Assembly: GCA_963816185.1 (NCBI GenBank)
Contig: CAWFJJ010000025.1
Span: 288,001 to 352,000 of the forward strand
Source: Thermoanaerobaculia bacterium
GTDB taxonomy: Bacteria; Acidobacteriota; Thermoanaerobaculia; UBA5066
Direction: 5' to 3'
DNA: 64,000 nt
Both the position numbers and the translations under genes were made by a program. Positions 9,411-19,194 of this stretch are shown here, piece after piece. The notes below the pieces were generated by a model. The model did no database searches and had not been told where the DNA came from. It worked only from the letters and a program-made list of their open reading frames with translations. The first letter of the stretch is position 1, and each line of letters opens with the position of its first letter.

Positions 9411-11690
9411 TTACCGGAAACCGCGCGCCTCGTCCACGGTGAGCGTCCGGTCGATCGTGGGGACGGCCCCGAGATCCTGCACGGCGCCCGAGGGCCAGCG
9501 GACCACGAGCCTCTCGATCCGTGTCGCCGCGCCGAGACCGAGGTGCACGATCGGGCTGCCCGTCGAGAGATAGCCGCTCGAGGTGCCGCTTTCGCGCACG
9601 AGGACACGACCCCCGGGAAGCGTGGCCCTGACCTGCGCGCCGAGGCCGTCCGTGTTGTCCCTTCCGCGCGTGCCTTTCAGGCGGAGTCTCAGGAAGTGCT
9701 CGGCGCCCGGGTTCCTGCGGCTCCCGAGGAAAAGGGCCTCGGGCGCCTGAACGGAGCGGACGTAGAGATCGAGGGCCCCGTCGCCGTTCGCGTCGAACGT
9801 CACGACGGCACGCCCGTTCGTCTGGAGGTCCAGCCCGTCGAGAAACGCCTGCTCCGCGAAGAGCGGGTCGCTCCCCGGGCCGCGGTTGACGAAGTACGCG
9901 TCGCGCTCGACGCCCTGGACGCCCGCGCCCTGCCGGTCGAACGTCTTCTTCATGCCGATGTAGTCGTCCCAGTACGCGAGCGTCTCCCACCAGAACTCCA
10001 GTTCGCGGTCATGGTCCCGCCCGTCTCCCCACATGCCGTTCGTGGCGTAGAGGTCGAGATTCCCGTCGTTGTCGAGGTCCGCTGCGACGGCGCTCCAGTT
10101 CCAGCCGGCGCGTCCCGCCCCCGAGCGGGCCGTCGCGTCCTCGAACGCTCCACCGGGCGTCTGGAGGAGCAGGGAGTTGCCGCGGCACATCTTCTCCATC
10201 CATGCGATCGCGACGGGGCGGAAGATCCGGCCGGGAAGAGGCACCGGGAGGCCCGGGTACTCGTGCAGGAAGCCCCACTGCGTGTACGTGCCGGTCGTGT
10301 AGAGGTCGATTCTTCCGTCGCCGTCGAAATCGCCCCACGCGGCCGACATTCCGTACGCGCGATCCTCGGCGCCGAGCTTCTTCGTCACGTCCTCGAAGTG
10401 TTTTCCGTCGACGTTGCGGTAGAGATTCTTGAAGCCGAAGTCGTTCGTGACGATCAGGTCGGGTCGCCCGTCGCCGTCGAAGTCCGCGAAAAGGCACGAG
10501 AGCGACCAGCGCGTGGGTTTCGCGACACCCCACTCGGCGGAAACGTCGCGGAAATGGCCCTTCCCGTCGCCCAGGAAGAGGGTGTTGCGGCGGCCGTCGT
10601 TCGCGTCGAAGGGAGGGTCGGGCATCTGCCCGTAGTAATCGCCCGTCCCGCAGATGAAGACGTCGAGATTGCCGTCGCCGTTCACGTCCGCGAAGGCGGC
10701 CGACCGTGTGGGGCCCTCGGTGACGATTCCCGACGAAGCCGTGATCTCCTCGAACGTGCCGTCGCGCCGGTTCCGGAAGAGGCGGGTCGGGCCGAAGGCG
10801 TCCGTCACGAGGAGATCCGGATAGCCGTCGCCGTCGACGTCCCCAGCGGCGACGCCGGTGGCCGCGATCCCCGAGGACTCCGTGGCGGCGAGGCCCGCCT
10901 GCACGGTCACGTCCGTGAAATGGCCCCGGCCGTCGTTCCGGTACAGGATCGACCGCACGCCGTCGCCCACGAAGAGGTCCTCGCTGCCGTCCTGATCGAA
11001 GTCCAGGACCGCGACGCCCGAGCCCGGCCAGATGCCGTCGATGAGGCGGTTCGTCAGCTTTTGCGGCGGATCGCGGCGCGTCGCGCCGAGGCCCGCCTCG
11101 AGCGTCGCGTCGTGGAAGCGGGGACGCGACTCGATTCGGTCTGCTTCGGATGAGATTAGCGAGACCGAGAAAGGCAACGAAGAGGGGAGAAGAGAAGATT
11201 CTTTGAAGGTAAGAGGGGAGGGGGCGGGAGCCGGCGCCCCCGCCGGCGTGTCCGCGTTCGGGAGCAGGAATGCGACCTTGGCGGCGCGTTCGACCCTCGC
11301 CCCATCCGCGCGAATCCCATCCACGACGAAAACGGTCGTCCCCCGCAGCTCCCATCTTTCTAAGAAATTCTTCTCTCTCTCTTTTTCTTTCTTCTTCTCG
11401 ATTACCGGCTTTCCCTCGACATCAAAAGATACGAGCGCGACGCGGTCGAGGTCCTTCCACGCCCAGGAGCGTAAGGAAGCGATGCCCTCCGGATCCCCCG
11501 GCTGCGCGGCGCGGGCGCGCAGCGCCGCGCGCGTTCTTTCGAGCGCGTCGCGATACCGCTCGAGGCGGTGCATCCACGGGATGAACTCGGCGCGCAGGCG
11601 CGGGAGCGAGACGTTCTCGAAGAGCCATATGCCGAGAACGGCGAAAGCCGTGGCCGCCACCGTGGCCGCCCAGCGCCTCCGCCGCGACAT
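9411..11690 (-). CDS. CRTAC1/ASPIC-UnbV family FG-GAP repeat protein, N-terminally membrane-anchored
   Basis: Repeated D.DGDG..DL and LYRN.G.G.F.DV motifs; C-terminal GYLS...VHLGLG...VRWPSG. Confidence 0.9.
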   Translation of the reverse strand: MSRRRRWAATVAATAFAVLGIWLFENVSLPRLRAEFIPWMHRLERYRDALERTRAALRARAAQPGDPEGIASLRSWAWKDLDRVALVSFDVEGKPVIEKKKEKEREKNFLERWELRGTTVFVVDGIRADGARVERAAKVAFLLPNADTPAGAPAPAPSPLTFKESSLLPSSLPFSVSLISSEADRIESRPRFHDATLEAGLGATRRDPPQKLTNRLIDGIWPGSGVAVLDFDQDGSEDLFVGDGVRSILYRNDGRGHFTDVTVQAGLAATESSGIAATGVAAGDVDGDGYPDLLVTDAFGPTRLFRNRRDGTFEEITASSGIVTEGPTRSAAFADVNGDGNLDVFICGTGDYYGQMPDPPFDANDGRRNTLFLGDGKGHFRDVSAEWGVAKPTRWSLSCLFADFDGDGRPDLIVTNDFGFKNLYRNVDGKHFEDVTKKLGAEDRAYGMSAAWGDFDGDGRIDLYTTGTYTQWGFLHEYPGLPVPLPGRIFRPVAIAWMEKMCRGNSLLLQTPGGAFEDATARSGAGRAGWNWSAVAADLDNDGNLDLYATNGMWGDGRDHDRELEFWWETLAYWDDYIGMKKTFDRQGAGVQGVERDAYFVNRGPGSDPLFAEQAFLDGLDLQTNGRAVVTFDANGDGALDLYVRSVQAPEALFLGSRRNPGAEHFLRLRLKGTRGRDNTDGLGAQVRATLPGGRVLVRESGTSSGYLSTGSPIVHLGLGAATRIERLVVRWPSGAVQDLGAVPTIDRTLTVDEARGFR

Positions 11691-13319
11691 CTACGCCGTG
11701 GCTTTCGCGCGTCCGGGCTGAACGGCGGCGATGAAGCGCAGGTTCGGGTTCTCGCGCTCGGCGCGTGCGAGGTGCCATTGGCTCTGGAAAAGGGCGAGCG
11801 GCCGGCCCTCGAGGTCGACGAGACAGGCGACGCTCGGCGGATCGTCGAAACGCTCGCGGTCAAAACCTTCTCCCTCCACCCAGCGCGCGAGCGTGAACGG
11901 CAGGCGGACGTACGAAATCTCGGCCCCGTACTCCGAGCGAAGGCGGTGCTGGATGACCTCGAACTGCAGGACGCCGACGGCGCCGAGCACGGGATCGCGC
12001 TCCATGCGGTCCGAATCGTGGAAGACCTGGACGGCGCCTTCCTCGGAAAGCTGGTCGAGCCCTTTCTTGAGCTGTTTCCTCTTGGCAGGATCGAGCATGA
12101 CGACCCGGTTGAAGAACTCGGGCGAGAAGCGCGGAATGCCGTCGAACTCGATCCCCGGCTCCTCCGCGAGGGAGTCGCCGATGCGCAGGTTGCCCGCGTC
12201 CCAGAGCCCGAGGATGTCGCCGGCCCAGGCCTCCTCGATGAGCGTTCGCTCCTGCGCGAGAAACTGAAGCGGCTTCGCGAGCTTCAGCGTGCGGCCGGTG
12301 CGCGGGTTCAGCACCTCCATGCCGCGCGTGAACTTTCCCGAGACGATGCGCACGAACGCGATCCGGTCCCGGTGCGCGGGGTCCATGTTCGCCTGGATCT
12401 TGAAGACGAACCCGGAGAAGGTCGGCGAGAGCGGGTCCACCTCGCCCGTCGCGGTCTTGCGCGGCAGCGGCGCCGGGGCCAGGTCGAGGAAGCGTTTCAG
12501 GAACGGCTCGACGCCGAAATCGTTGATCGCGCTGCCGAAGAAGACCGGCGTGACCCCTCCGGCGAGAAACGTCTCGCGGTCGAAGCGGTTGCCGGCCGTG
12601 GCGAGGAGGTCCAGCTCCTCGCGGAGCGTCGCATGGGCCTTCGGGCCGATCGTCGAGACAAAGCCCGGATCGTCGATCGACGCCACCTCGACGGGCACGA
12701 CGCGCTCGCCGCGGGGGCCGTCTCCGCGCTCGTAGGCGAGGAGCGTCTTCGCCCACCGGTCGTAGACGCCCTTGAAGTCCGGGCCCGATCCGATCGGCCA
12801 CGTCACGGGATGGCACGGGATGCCGAGAACGCGCTCGATGTCGTCCATGAGATCGAGCGGGTCCATGCCGGCTCGGTCGAGCTTGTTCATGAAGGTGACG
12901 ATCGGGATCCGCCGCATGCGGCAGACCTCGAAGAGCTTGATCGTCTGAGGCTCGACGCCCTTCGCGCTGTCGATGAGCATCACGGCCGCGTCGGCCGCTG
13001 CGAGCGTGCGGTACGTGTCCTCGGAGAAGTCGTTGTGCCCCGGCGTGTCGAGGAGGTTCACGTTGTGGCCCGCGTACGGGAACTGCAGGACGCTCGTCGT
13101 GATCGAGATGCCGCGCTGCCGTTCCAGCTCCATCCAGTCACTCGTGGTGTGACGGCTCGCGTTCCGCCGCATCCGGACCGAGCCCGCGAGGTGAATGGCA
13201 CCGCCGTACAGGAGCATCTTCTCCGTAAGCGTCGTCTTGCCCGCGTCAGGATGCGAGATGATCGCGAAGGTGCGCCGGCGGGCGACCTCGGCGGCGAGGG
13301 TGCGGGACGGTTCGAGCAT
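11691..13319 (-). CDS. prfC: Peptide chain release factor 3
   Basis: RRRTFAIISHPDAGKTTLTEK, DTPGH.DFSEDTYR, NKLD, FKIQANMDP.HRDR, GAVGVLQFEV. Confidence 0.96.
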   Translation of the reverse strand: MLEPSRTLAAEVARRRTFAIISHPDAGKTTLTEKMLLYGGAIHLAGSVRMRRNASRHTTSDWMELERQRGISITTSVLQFPYAGHNVNLLDTPGHNDFSEDTYRTLAAADAAVMLIDSAKGVEPQTIKLFEVCRMRRIPIVTFMNKLDRAGMDPLDLMDDIERVLGIPCHPVTWPIGSGPDFKGVYDRWAKTLLAYERGDGPRGERVVPVEVASIDDPGFVSTIGPKAHATLREELDLLATAGNRFDRETFLAGGVTPVFFGSAINDFGVEPFLKRFLDLAPAPLPRKTATGEVDPLSPTFSGFVFKIQANMDPAHRDRIAFVRIVSGKFTRGMEVLNPRTGRTLKLAKPLQFLAQERTLIEEAWAGDILGLWDAGNLRIGDSLAEEPGIEFDGIPRFSPEFFNRVVMLDPAKRKQLKKGLDQLSEEGAVQVFHDSDRMERDPVLGAVGVLQFEVIQHRLRSEYGAEISYVRLPFTLARWVEGEGFDRERFDDPPSVACLVDLEGRPLALFQSQWHLARAERENPNLRFIAAVQPGRAKATA

Positions 13320-13321
13320 CC

Positions 13322-15496
13322 TCAGCGTTTTTGCGCGTCCCTCGGCGCCTCCGGTGGGACCGCCGTCTCGGAGAGCGCGAACGCGTATTCGTCCGCGCGC
13401 GAGGCAACCGCGGACTTCACGAGATCCGCGCCGCCGTGGCCCGCGTGCCTCTCGATCCTGAGGAGCACGGGCCCGTCCGTCGATGCCGCCTGCAGCGCGG
13501 CCGTGAACTTCCGCGCGTGCATCGGGTCCACCCGGTCGTCGCTGTCGGCCGAGAGGACGAGAACCGCCGGGTATTTCGTGCCGGCCTTCACGTGCTGGTA
13601 CGGCGAGTACGCCAGGAGCGCCCGGAACTGCGCCGCGTCGTCCGCCGAGCCGTACTCGGAGATCCACGTCTTGCCCGAGCCGAAGAGGTGATAGCGCACC
13701 ATGTCGAGGAGCGGCACGGCGCAGAGGGCGACGCGGAAGAGCTCGGGGTGCTGCGTGATCAGCGCGCCCACCAGAAGCCCGCCGTTCGAGCCGCCTCGGA
13801 GAACGAGACGCGAGGGCGAGGTCCATTTCTCCTTCTCGAGGTACTCGGCGGCCGCCGCGAAATCGTCGAAGACGTTCTGCTTCTTGAGCAGCATTCCCGC
13901 CTCGTGCCAGGCCTCGCCGTACTCGCCTCCGCCGCGCAGGTTCGGGACGGCATAGACGCCTCCCCTCTCGAGCCACGGGATGACCCCGGAGTTGAAGCTC
14001 GGCGTCAGCGAGATCAGGAAACCCCCGTAGCCTTCGAGCATGCATCTCTCCGAGCCGTCGCGCTTGAGACCCTTGCGGTGGACGATGAACATCGAGACGC
14101 GCGTGCCGTCTTTCGAGGGGTAGAAAACCTGCGACACCGTGTAGGGCGTGAGGTCGGCCTGAACCTTGACCTGGGAGTAGAGCGACGTCGCGCCCGTCTT
14201 CACGGACGTCTTGTAGATCGTCGTGGGCGTCGTGAACGACGTGAAGGCAAAATACGCGTCGTCCTCGTCGTCGCGGCCCACGAGGCCGCGGACCGTTCCG
14301 ATCCCGGGAAGCGGGACGTCGCGCACGAGCGTCCCGTCGGTCTCGTGGATCTCGAGGAGACTCGCAGCGCTTCTGAGGTAGCCGAGGGCGAGCCGGCCGC
14401 CCACGATCGCGTACCCCTCCAGCGTCGCATCTTTGCGCTCCGGCACGATCTCCTTCCAGAGAGCGCGGTCACTCTTCGCCGGATCGACCGCGAAGACGCG
14501 CCCTTTCGGCGCCCCGTCGTCCGTCTTGACGAAGATCCTGCCTCCGAGCGCGTCCACGTCGAAGTGCGCCTTGATCCCGACGGCGAGCGGCGTCCACGCC
14601 GCGGCCTTCGGGTCGGCGGCGAGATCGCGGAACCACACGTCCTGGGACGTCCAGCCGTGCGAGAGCACGAGAAAGAGGAAACGTCCGTCGCGCGTCAGGT
14701 TCGCGTTCTGGAAGACCGTCGGATCACCCGTCTTCGCCTTCACGACCGCGTCGGTCTTCGGGTCGGTCCCGAGCCGGTGCAGGCGCACCTCGGCGTAGCC
14801 GGGCCGGTCGGACGCGGGGATCTTCGGGTCCACGGGGAGCCATGTGTAATAGAAGGCCTTGCCGTCCGGCGTCCACGAAGGGTTCGCGTACTTGGCTCCC
14901 TCGATGACGTCCACATCGGAGACCTTGCCGGTCGCGACGTCCATCACGTAAAGCGTCGCCTCGTCGGAGTTGTTGATCTTCTTCTGGTAGGCGACGCGCG
15001 TCCCGTCCCAGGAGACCTGCCACCCGCCGAGGGAGGCGCTGCCGTCCGCGCTCCAGGTGTTCGGGTCGAAGAGCACCTTCTCGGCACCGTCGGCGCCCTC
15101 CCTCCAGGTCACGACGCTCTTCTCCTGGTTCGAATGCCGCCGCGTCAGGAAGAACCGCGATCCCCGGTGCTCCGGGGCTGAGACGAAATCGATGTAATAG
15201 AGCTCCTTCAGCCGCGAGGCGATCGCGTCGCGCCCGGGCAGCGACGCGAGGCGCTGGCGCGTGAGGTCGTCCTGCGCTTTCATCCAGGCCTGCACCTCGG
15301 GAGACTTCGCGTCCTCGAGCCAGCGGTACGGGTCGGGCACCGGGACGCCGTGCAGGACGTCCGTGACGTTCACCCTCCGGGTCGGAGGATAGGGCGCTTT
15401 CGACGCGGTTTCGGCGGCGCGGGCTCGGGGCGACCACGCGAGCGCGAAGGCGAGAAGGGGAAGGAGCAGGGACAGGCCGTCGGCGGGCTTCTTCAT
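13322..15496 (-). CDS. Prolyl oligopeptidase (S9A), secreted
   Basis: DPYRWLED, GGSNGG nucleophile, DDRV, AGHG; signal peptide. Confidence 0.95.
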   Translation of the reverse strand: MKKPADGLSLLLPLLAFALAWSPRARAAETASKAPYPPTRRVNVTDVLHGVPVPDPYRWLEDAKSPEVQAWMKAQDDLTRQRLASLPGRDAIASRLKELYYIDFVSAPEHRGSRFFLTRRHSNQEKSVVTWREGADGAEKVLFDPNTWSADGSASLGGWQVSWDGTRVAYQKKINNSDEATLYVMDVATGKVSDVDVIEGAKYANPSWTPDGKAFYYTWLPVDPKIPASDRPGYAEVRLHRLGTDPKTDAVVKAKTGDPTVFQNANLTRDGRFLFLVLSHGWTSQDVWFRDLAADPKAAAWTPLAVGIKAHFDVDALGGRIFVKTDDGAPKGRVFAVDPAKSDRALWKEIVPERKDATLEGYAIVGGRLALGYLRSAASLLEIHETDGTLVRDVPLPGIGTVRGLVGRDDEDDAYFAFTSFTTPTTIYKTSVKTGATSLYSQVKVQADLTPYTVSQVFYPSKDGTRVSMFIVHRKGLKRDGSERCMLEGYGGFLISLTPSFNSGVIPWLERGGVYAVPNLRGGGEYGEAWHEAGMLLKKQNVFDDFAAAAEYLEKEKWTSPSRLVLRGGSNGGLLVGALITQHPELFRVALCAVPLLDMVRYHLFGSGKTWISEYGSADDAAQFRALLAYSPYQHVKAGTKYPAVLVLSADSDDRVDPMHARKFTAALQAASTDGPVLLRIERHAGHGGADLVKSAVASRADEYAFALSETAVPPEAPRDAQKR

Positions 15497-15544
15497 CCGG
15501 GAAACGTAGCATGACGGGCGCGGCGGCGTAGACTCGGGCCTCGA

Positions 15545-15841
15545 ATGGTCGCAGATCCTTCCTCCCGCGCGTGTTTCCTCTGCGGCTTTCCGGCCTCCGT
15601 GGGGGAGGAGAACGCCCTTTTCGCATCCTCCGAGCGCGGATTTTCCGTGGACTGTGAGGAATGCGGTCCCTACGCGGTCACGCCCGACGCGATCCACCGG
15701 CTCGAGGTGCGCGCGGTCGCGCGGCCTGGCGTGCGGTTCGAGATCTTCCGCCTGCGCTCGAACGGGCACACGCCCCGGCCGACGGTAGACCTGAAGATGG
15801 TCGATCACTTCTGTACGGGCTATACGCCGATCCGCGGCTGA
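15545..15841 (+). CDS. Small hypothetical zinc-ribbon-like protein
   Basis: CFLC...CEEC pairs in a 98 aa ORF. Confidence 0.6.
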   Translation: MVADPSSRACFLCGFPASVGEENALFASSERGFSVDCEECGPYAVTPDAIHRLEVRAVARPGVRFEIFRLRSNGHTPRPTVDLKMVDHFCTGYTPIRG

Positions 15842-15879
15842 CCCCCGGCCGCCGGGCCGGTGCGCTAAAGTTCCGCCCC

Positions 15880-16314
15880 ATGAGCAGGGAACACCCCGAC
15901 CACCACGACGCGGACCTTGCGTTCCGCGCCTACGAGCTGCGCCGCGAGACCGTCATGCGCGACTCGCGCAACGCGATCAACCGGGACTTCTGGCCGAAAT
16001 CGTTCGCCGACGTCCAGGCCGTCACGAAGAGCGACCATCCGCTCAACGCGGCCTGGCGCCAGACGACGACGTACTGGGAGATGGTCTACGGCACGGTCAA
16101 GCACGGAATCGTGAACGCGGACTACTTCATGGAATCGAGCGGCGAGGGGATGCTCCTGTTCGCCCGCGTCGCCCCTTACCTCGAGGAATTCCGCCGCGAG
16201 CTGTCTCCTTACGCGTTCCAGAACGCCGAATGGGTGGCGAAGAACACGGCGGTGGGCCGGAGGCTGTTCGCCATGTTCGAGGCGCGCGTCCAGAAGATGC
16301 TGGCTGCGAAATAG
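15880..16314 (+). CDS. Conserved-looking hypothetical protein (DUF4760-like)
   Basis: YELRRE..MR..R and A.WRQ..TYWEM pattern; family assignment from memory. Confidence 0.65.
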   Translation: MSREHPDHHDADLAFRAYELRRETVMRDSRNAINRDFWPKSFADVQAVTKSDHPLNAAWRQTTTYWEMVYGTVKHGIVNADYFMESSGEGMLLFARVAPYLEEFRRELSPYAFQNAEWVAKNTAVGRRLFAMFEARVQKMLAAK

Positions 16315-16394
16315 AGGCGGACGAATCGTCCGGCCGGGCGAAACCCGCGGGGCCGCCCCGCGTATCTCCAGGCGTGAAAAGTCGGTTTCGTCCC

Positions 16395-16450
16395 TTGACA
16401 GGTCCGGGGGCGGGCGCTACTTTTCCAGCACATGCTAGTTTTTTAGCATG
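16395..16450 (+). promoter_or_regulatory. Sigma70 promoter and BlaI-family operator
   Basis: TTGACA(16395)-N17-TACTTT, then perfect inverted repeat CATGCTA-N6-TAGCATG (16431-16450). Confidence 0.75.
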
Positions 16451-16500
16451 GCCCCTCTCACCCTGAAGATCTTCTCTAGAAGCGAACGGAAAGAAAAGCG

Positions 16501-16902
16501 ATGCCGAAAGCGACGACCGTTCCCGACCCGCTCCACCTCTCCCGCCGGGAGCGTCAGATCATGGACATCCTGTATCGGGAGGGTCGGGCCGCGGCCGGCG
16601 AAGTGCTCGAGCGGCTTCCGGACCCTCCGGGCTATTCGGCCGTCCGCGCGATGCTGCGCGTGCTCGAGAACAAGGGCCACCTGATGCACGTACTCGAGGA
16701 GGGACGCTACGTCTATCGTCCGATCGTCCCGAGGAACCGGGCGCGCCGCTCGGCTCTTCAGAACCTCCTCCAGACGTTCTTCGAGGGCTCGGCGGAAAAG
16801 GCCGTCGCCTCGCTCCTTCTGGAATCGAAGAATCCGCTGAGCGAGGACGAGCTGGAGCGGCTCTCCCGCCTCATCGCCGACGCCCGCAAGGAGGGCCGTT
16901 GA
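16501..16902 (+). CDS. BlaI/MecI/CopY family repressor
   Basis: LSRRERQIMDILY, YSAVR..LR.LE.KG, L..TFFEGS. Confidence 0.93.
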   Translation: MPKATTVPDPLHLSRRERQIMDILYREGRAAAGEVLERLPDPPGYSAVRAMLRVLENKGHLMHVLEEGRYVYRPIVPRNRARRSALQNLLQTFFEGSAEKAVASLLLESKNPLSEDELERLSRLIADARKEGR

Positions 16903-16903
16903 C

Positions 16904-19144
16904 ATGAATGCGTACCTCGTCGCCTCCCTCGTCAAGGCCACGCTCCTCCTTCTCGCGACGGCGCTCGCCCTCCGGGCCCTCGGGCGCGCGTCTGCGGCAA
17001 GCCGCCATCTCGTCGCGTTCCTTGGCCTCGCGCTGTCTTTGGCCGTGCCGGTTCTCGGGCTCGTCCTGCCGCGCCTGGACATCCCGGTCCTCACGGCATC
17101 CACGAGGCCCGCGCCCGAAACGGGCCCCGCGCACCGTGACCGGTCCGACGAGGCGAACGACCTCGCGGGCTTTTCCGGCCGCGTCGGCGTCCAGGTGCCC
17201 CCGTTCGAAGAGCCCGCCGCCGCACCGGTTCGACGAAAGGTCCGGCCATCCCTCGACCTCGACGTCGCTCAGGTGGCGGTGCTCCTATGGATGCTCGGCG
17301 GCCTGGTGCCGCTCGCGGCGCTCGCCGTCGGATTCCGTCGCGCCCGGACGATCATCCGGAACGCCCGCCTCCCCCGAGATCCCGGCCTCGACGCCCTCGC
17401 AGCGGAGGTGTCGGCCCGGCTCGGCCTGAGCCGCAAGGTCCCGGTCCTTCTCTCCCCGGAGGCCCTCGTACCGATGACCGCGGGCTTCTTCCGCCCGGTC
17501 CTCGTCCTGCCCGGCTCCGCGCGCACGTGGCCGCGGGAGAGGCAGCGCGTCGTTCTCCTCCACGAGCTCGCTCACGTGGCGCGACGCGACCTCGGCGCGC
17601 TGCTCGTCGCCGAGCTCACGACGATTGCCTATTGGTTCCATCCGCTCGCGCACGCGGTGGCCCGACATCTGCGCCGCTCCGCGGAGGAAGCGTCGGACGA
17701 TCTCGTGCTCGGAAACGGCGCGCGCGCCTCGGACTACGCGTCGCATCTCGTCGGCATCGTGAGAGGTCTCGGATCGCCCGAGGAGATGCCGGTCCTCGCG
17801 ATGGCGCGCCCGTCGGACCTCGAGAAACGCGTGCGCGCGATCCTCGACCCGCGGCGCAGACGCCAGGCGCCTTCGCGTCTCCTGACCGCCTCGCTGACGG
17901 CCGCGGGAATCGCCGGTGCGCTCGTCCTGGCCGCGGCGGTGCCGGGCGCCGCTCGGCCCGCGATGGCGGCGCTGCCCGCGCAAGACGAGCCGCTCCTCGC
18001 TTCCAGTGCGGCCGCCTGCAACGCCGCGAGGATCGTCCTCGCGGCGAACCGCAAGGAGAGCGGCTCGGCCGCGTACGCGCGCGGCCGCGATCTCTACAAC
18101 GACGACAGCTACCTCGAAGCCGCCGAGGCATATCGCAAGGCGGCCGAGCTCGGCTACCGGGAAGACACCGCGGCGTACAACGCGGCGTGCTCGTATGCGC
18201 TGGCGGGGCGAAAGGACGACGCGTTCACGTGGCTGAAGAAATCAGCCGAGCTCGGGTTCGACCTCGAGTCTTACCTTCGGAGCGACGACGATCTCGACTC
18301 CCTGCGCAGCGACCCGCGCTTTGCCGAGATGAAGAAAGCCGCGCGTACCGCAAAGGCGGAGGGGAAGAGCGCCGATTCCGTGGTCGCCGTCAGGGCCTTC
18401 GAAAGGCTCACGGCCGAGGGTTCGAAGAACGGCGCCCGCTGGTACGGAGCGGGCAAGGATCTCCTCGACGCCGAGCAGCTCGAGCTCTCGGAGAAGGCGT
18501 TTCGCACGGCGGCGTCGCTCGGCTATCGCCCGGGCGCGTCGACGTACAACGCCGCGTGCGCGCTGGCGCGGGCCGGAGAGGCGCCGCAGGCGCTGGATAC
18601 GCTCGACGCCGCGCTCGAGGCGGGCTTCGACGATCCGGGGCTTCTCGAGCGGGACGACGATCTCGAGGCGCTGCACGGCCAGGCACGTTTCGCGCAGCTG
18701 AAGAAGAAGGCGGAGGAGCTGTCCCTGTCGTCTTCGGATGTCGACACGGGCTTCTCGCGCCTGTTCCGGCGCCGCAGCGCGTGGCGCGAGGAGGTTCCGC
18801 ATTACGCGGCGTACGCAAAGGCTCATCCCGAAAGCGGCCGCGCCCACTACAACCTCGGGTACGCGCAGCTTCTGGCGGAGCGGCCCGAGGCGGCGCTTCC
18901 CGCGTTCACCCGCGCGCTCGAGCTCGGCTATCGCAAGCCGGCCACTCTCTACAACCTCGCGTGCGTTCATGCGCGGCTCGAGGAGAAGGACAAGGCGTTC
19001 GAGCGTCTCTTCCAGGCGATCGACGCGGGCTTCGGCTCGCCGGACCAGATCCGAAGCGACGAGGATCTCGACTCGCTGCACGGGGATCCGCGATTCAAGC
19101 AGGCGCTCCGGCGCGCAGCGAAAGACGACGGCGCCGAGGACTGA
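16904..19144 (+). CDS. M56 (BlaR1-like) membrane metallopeptidase with C-terminal TPR repeats
   Basis: VLLHELAH..R.D, YWFHPL, E.ASDD.VL; three YN.AC..A...D.DL.SL..DPRF-type units. Confidence 0.9.
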   Translation: MNAYLVASLVKATLLLLATALALRALGRASAASRHLVAFLGLALSLAVPVLGLVLPRLDIPVLTASTRPAPETGPAHRDRSDEANDLAGFSGRVGVQVPPFEEPAAAPVRRKVRPSLDLDVAQVAVLLWMLGGLVPLAALAVGFRRARTIIRNARLPRDPGLDALAAEVSARLGLSRKVPVLLSPEALVPMTAGFFRPVLVLPGSARTWPRERQRVVLLHELAHVARRDLGALLVAELTTIAYWFHPLAHAVARHLRRSAEEASDDLVLGNGARASDYASHLVGIVRGLGSPEEMPVLAMARPSDLEKRVRAILDPRRRRQAPSRLLTASLTAAGIAGALVLAAAVPGAARPAMAALPAQDEPLLASSAAACNAARIVLAANRKESGSAAYARGRDLYNDDSYLEAAEAYRKAAELGYREDTAAYNAACSYALAGRKDDAFTWLKKSAELGFDLESYLRSDDDLDSLRSDPRFAEMKKAARTAKAEGKSADSVVAVRAFERLTAEGSKNGARWYGAGKDLLDAEQLELSEKAFRTAASLGYRPGASTYNAACALARAGEAPQALDTLDAALEAGFDDPGLLERDDDLEALHGQARFAQLKKKAEELSLSSSDVDTGFSRLFRRRSAWREEVPHYAAYAKAHPESGRAHYNLGYAQLLAERPEAALPAFTRALELGYRKPATLYNLACVHARLEEKDKAFERLFQAIDAGFGSPDQIRSDEDLDSLHGDPRFKQALRRAAKDDGAED

Positions 19145-19194
19145 GCGGGTCCGCGCGGACCTCGGCGCTATCCTCCCGCTTCCGGGGAGGATTC

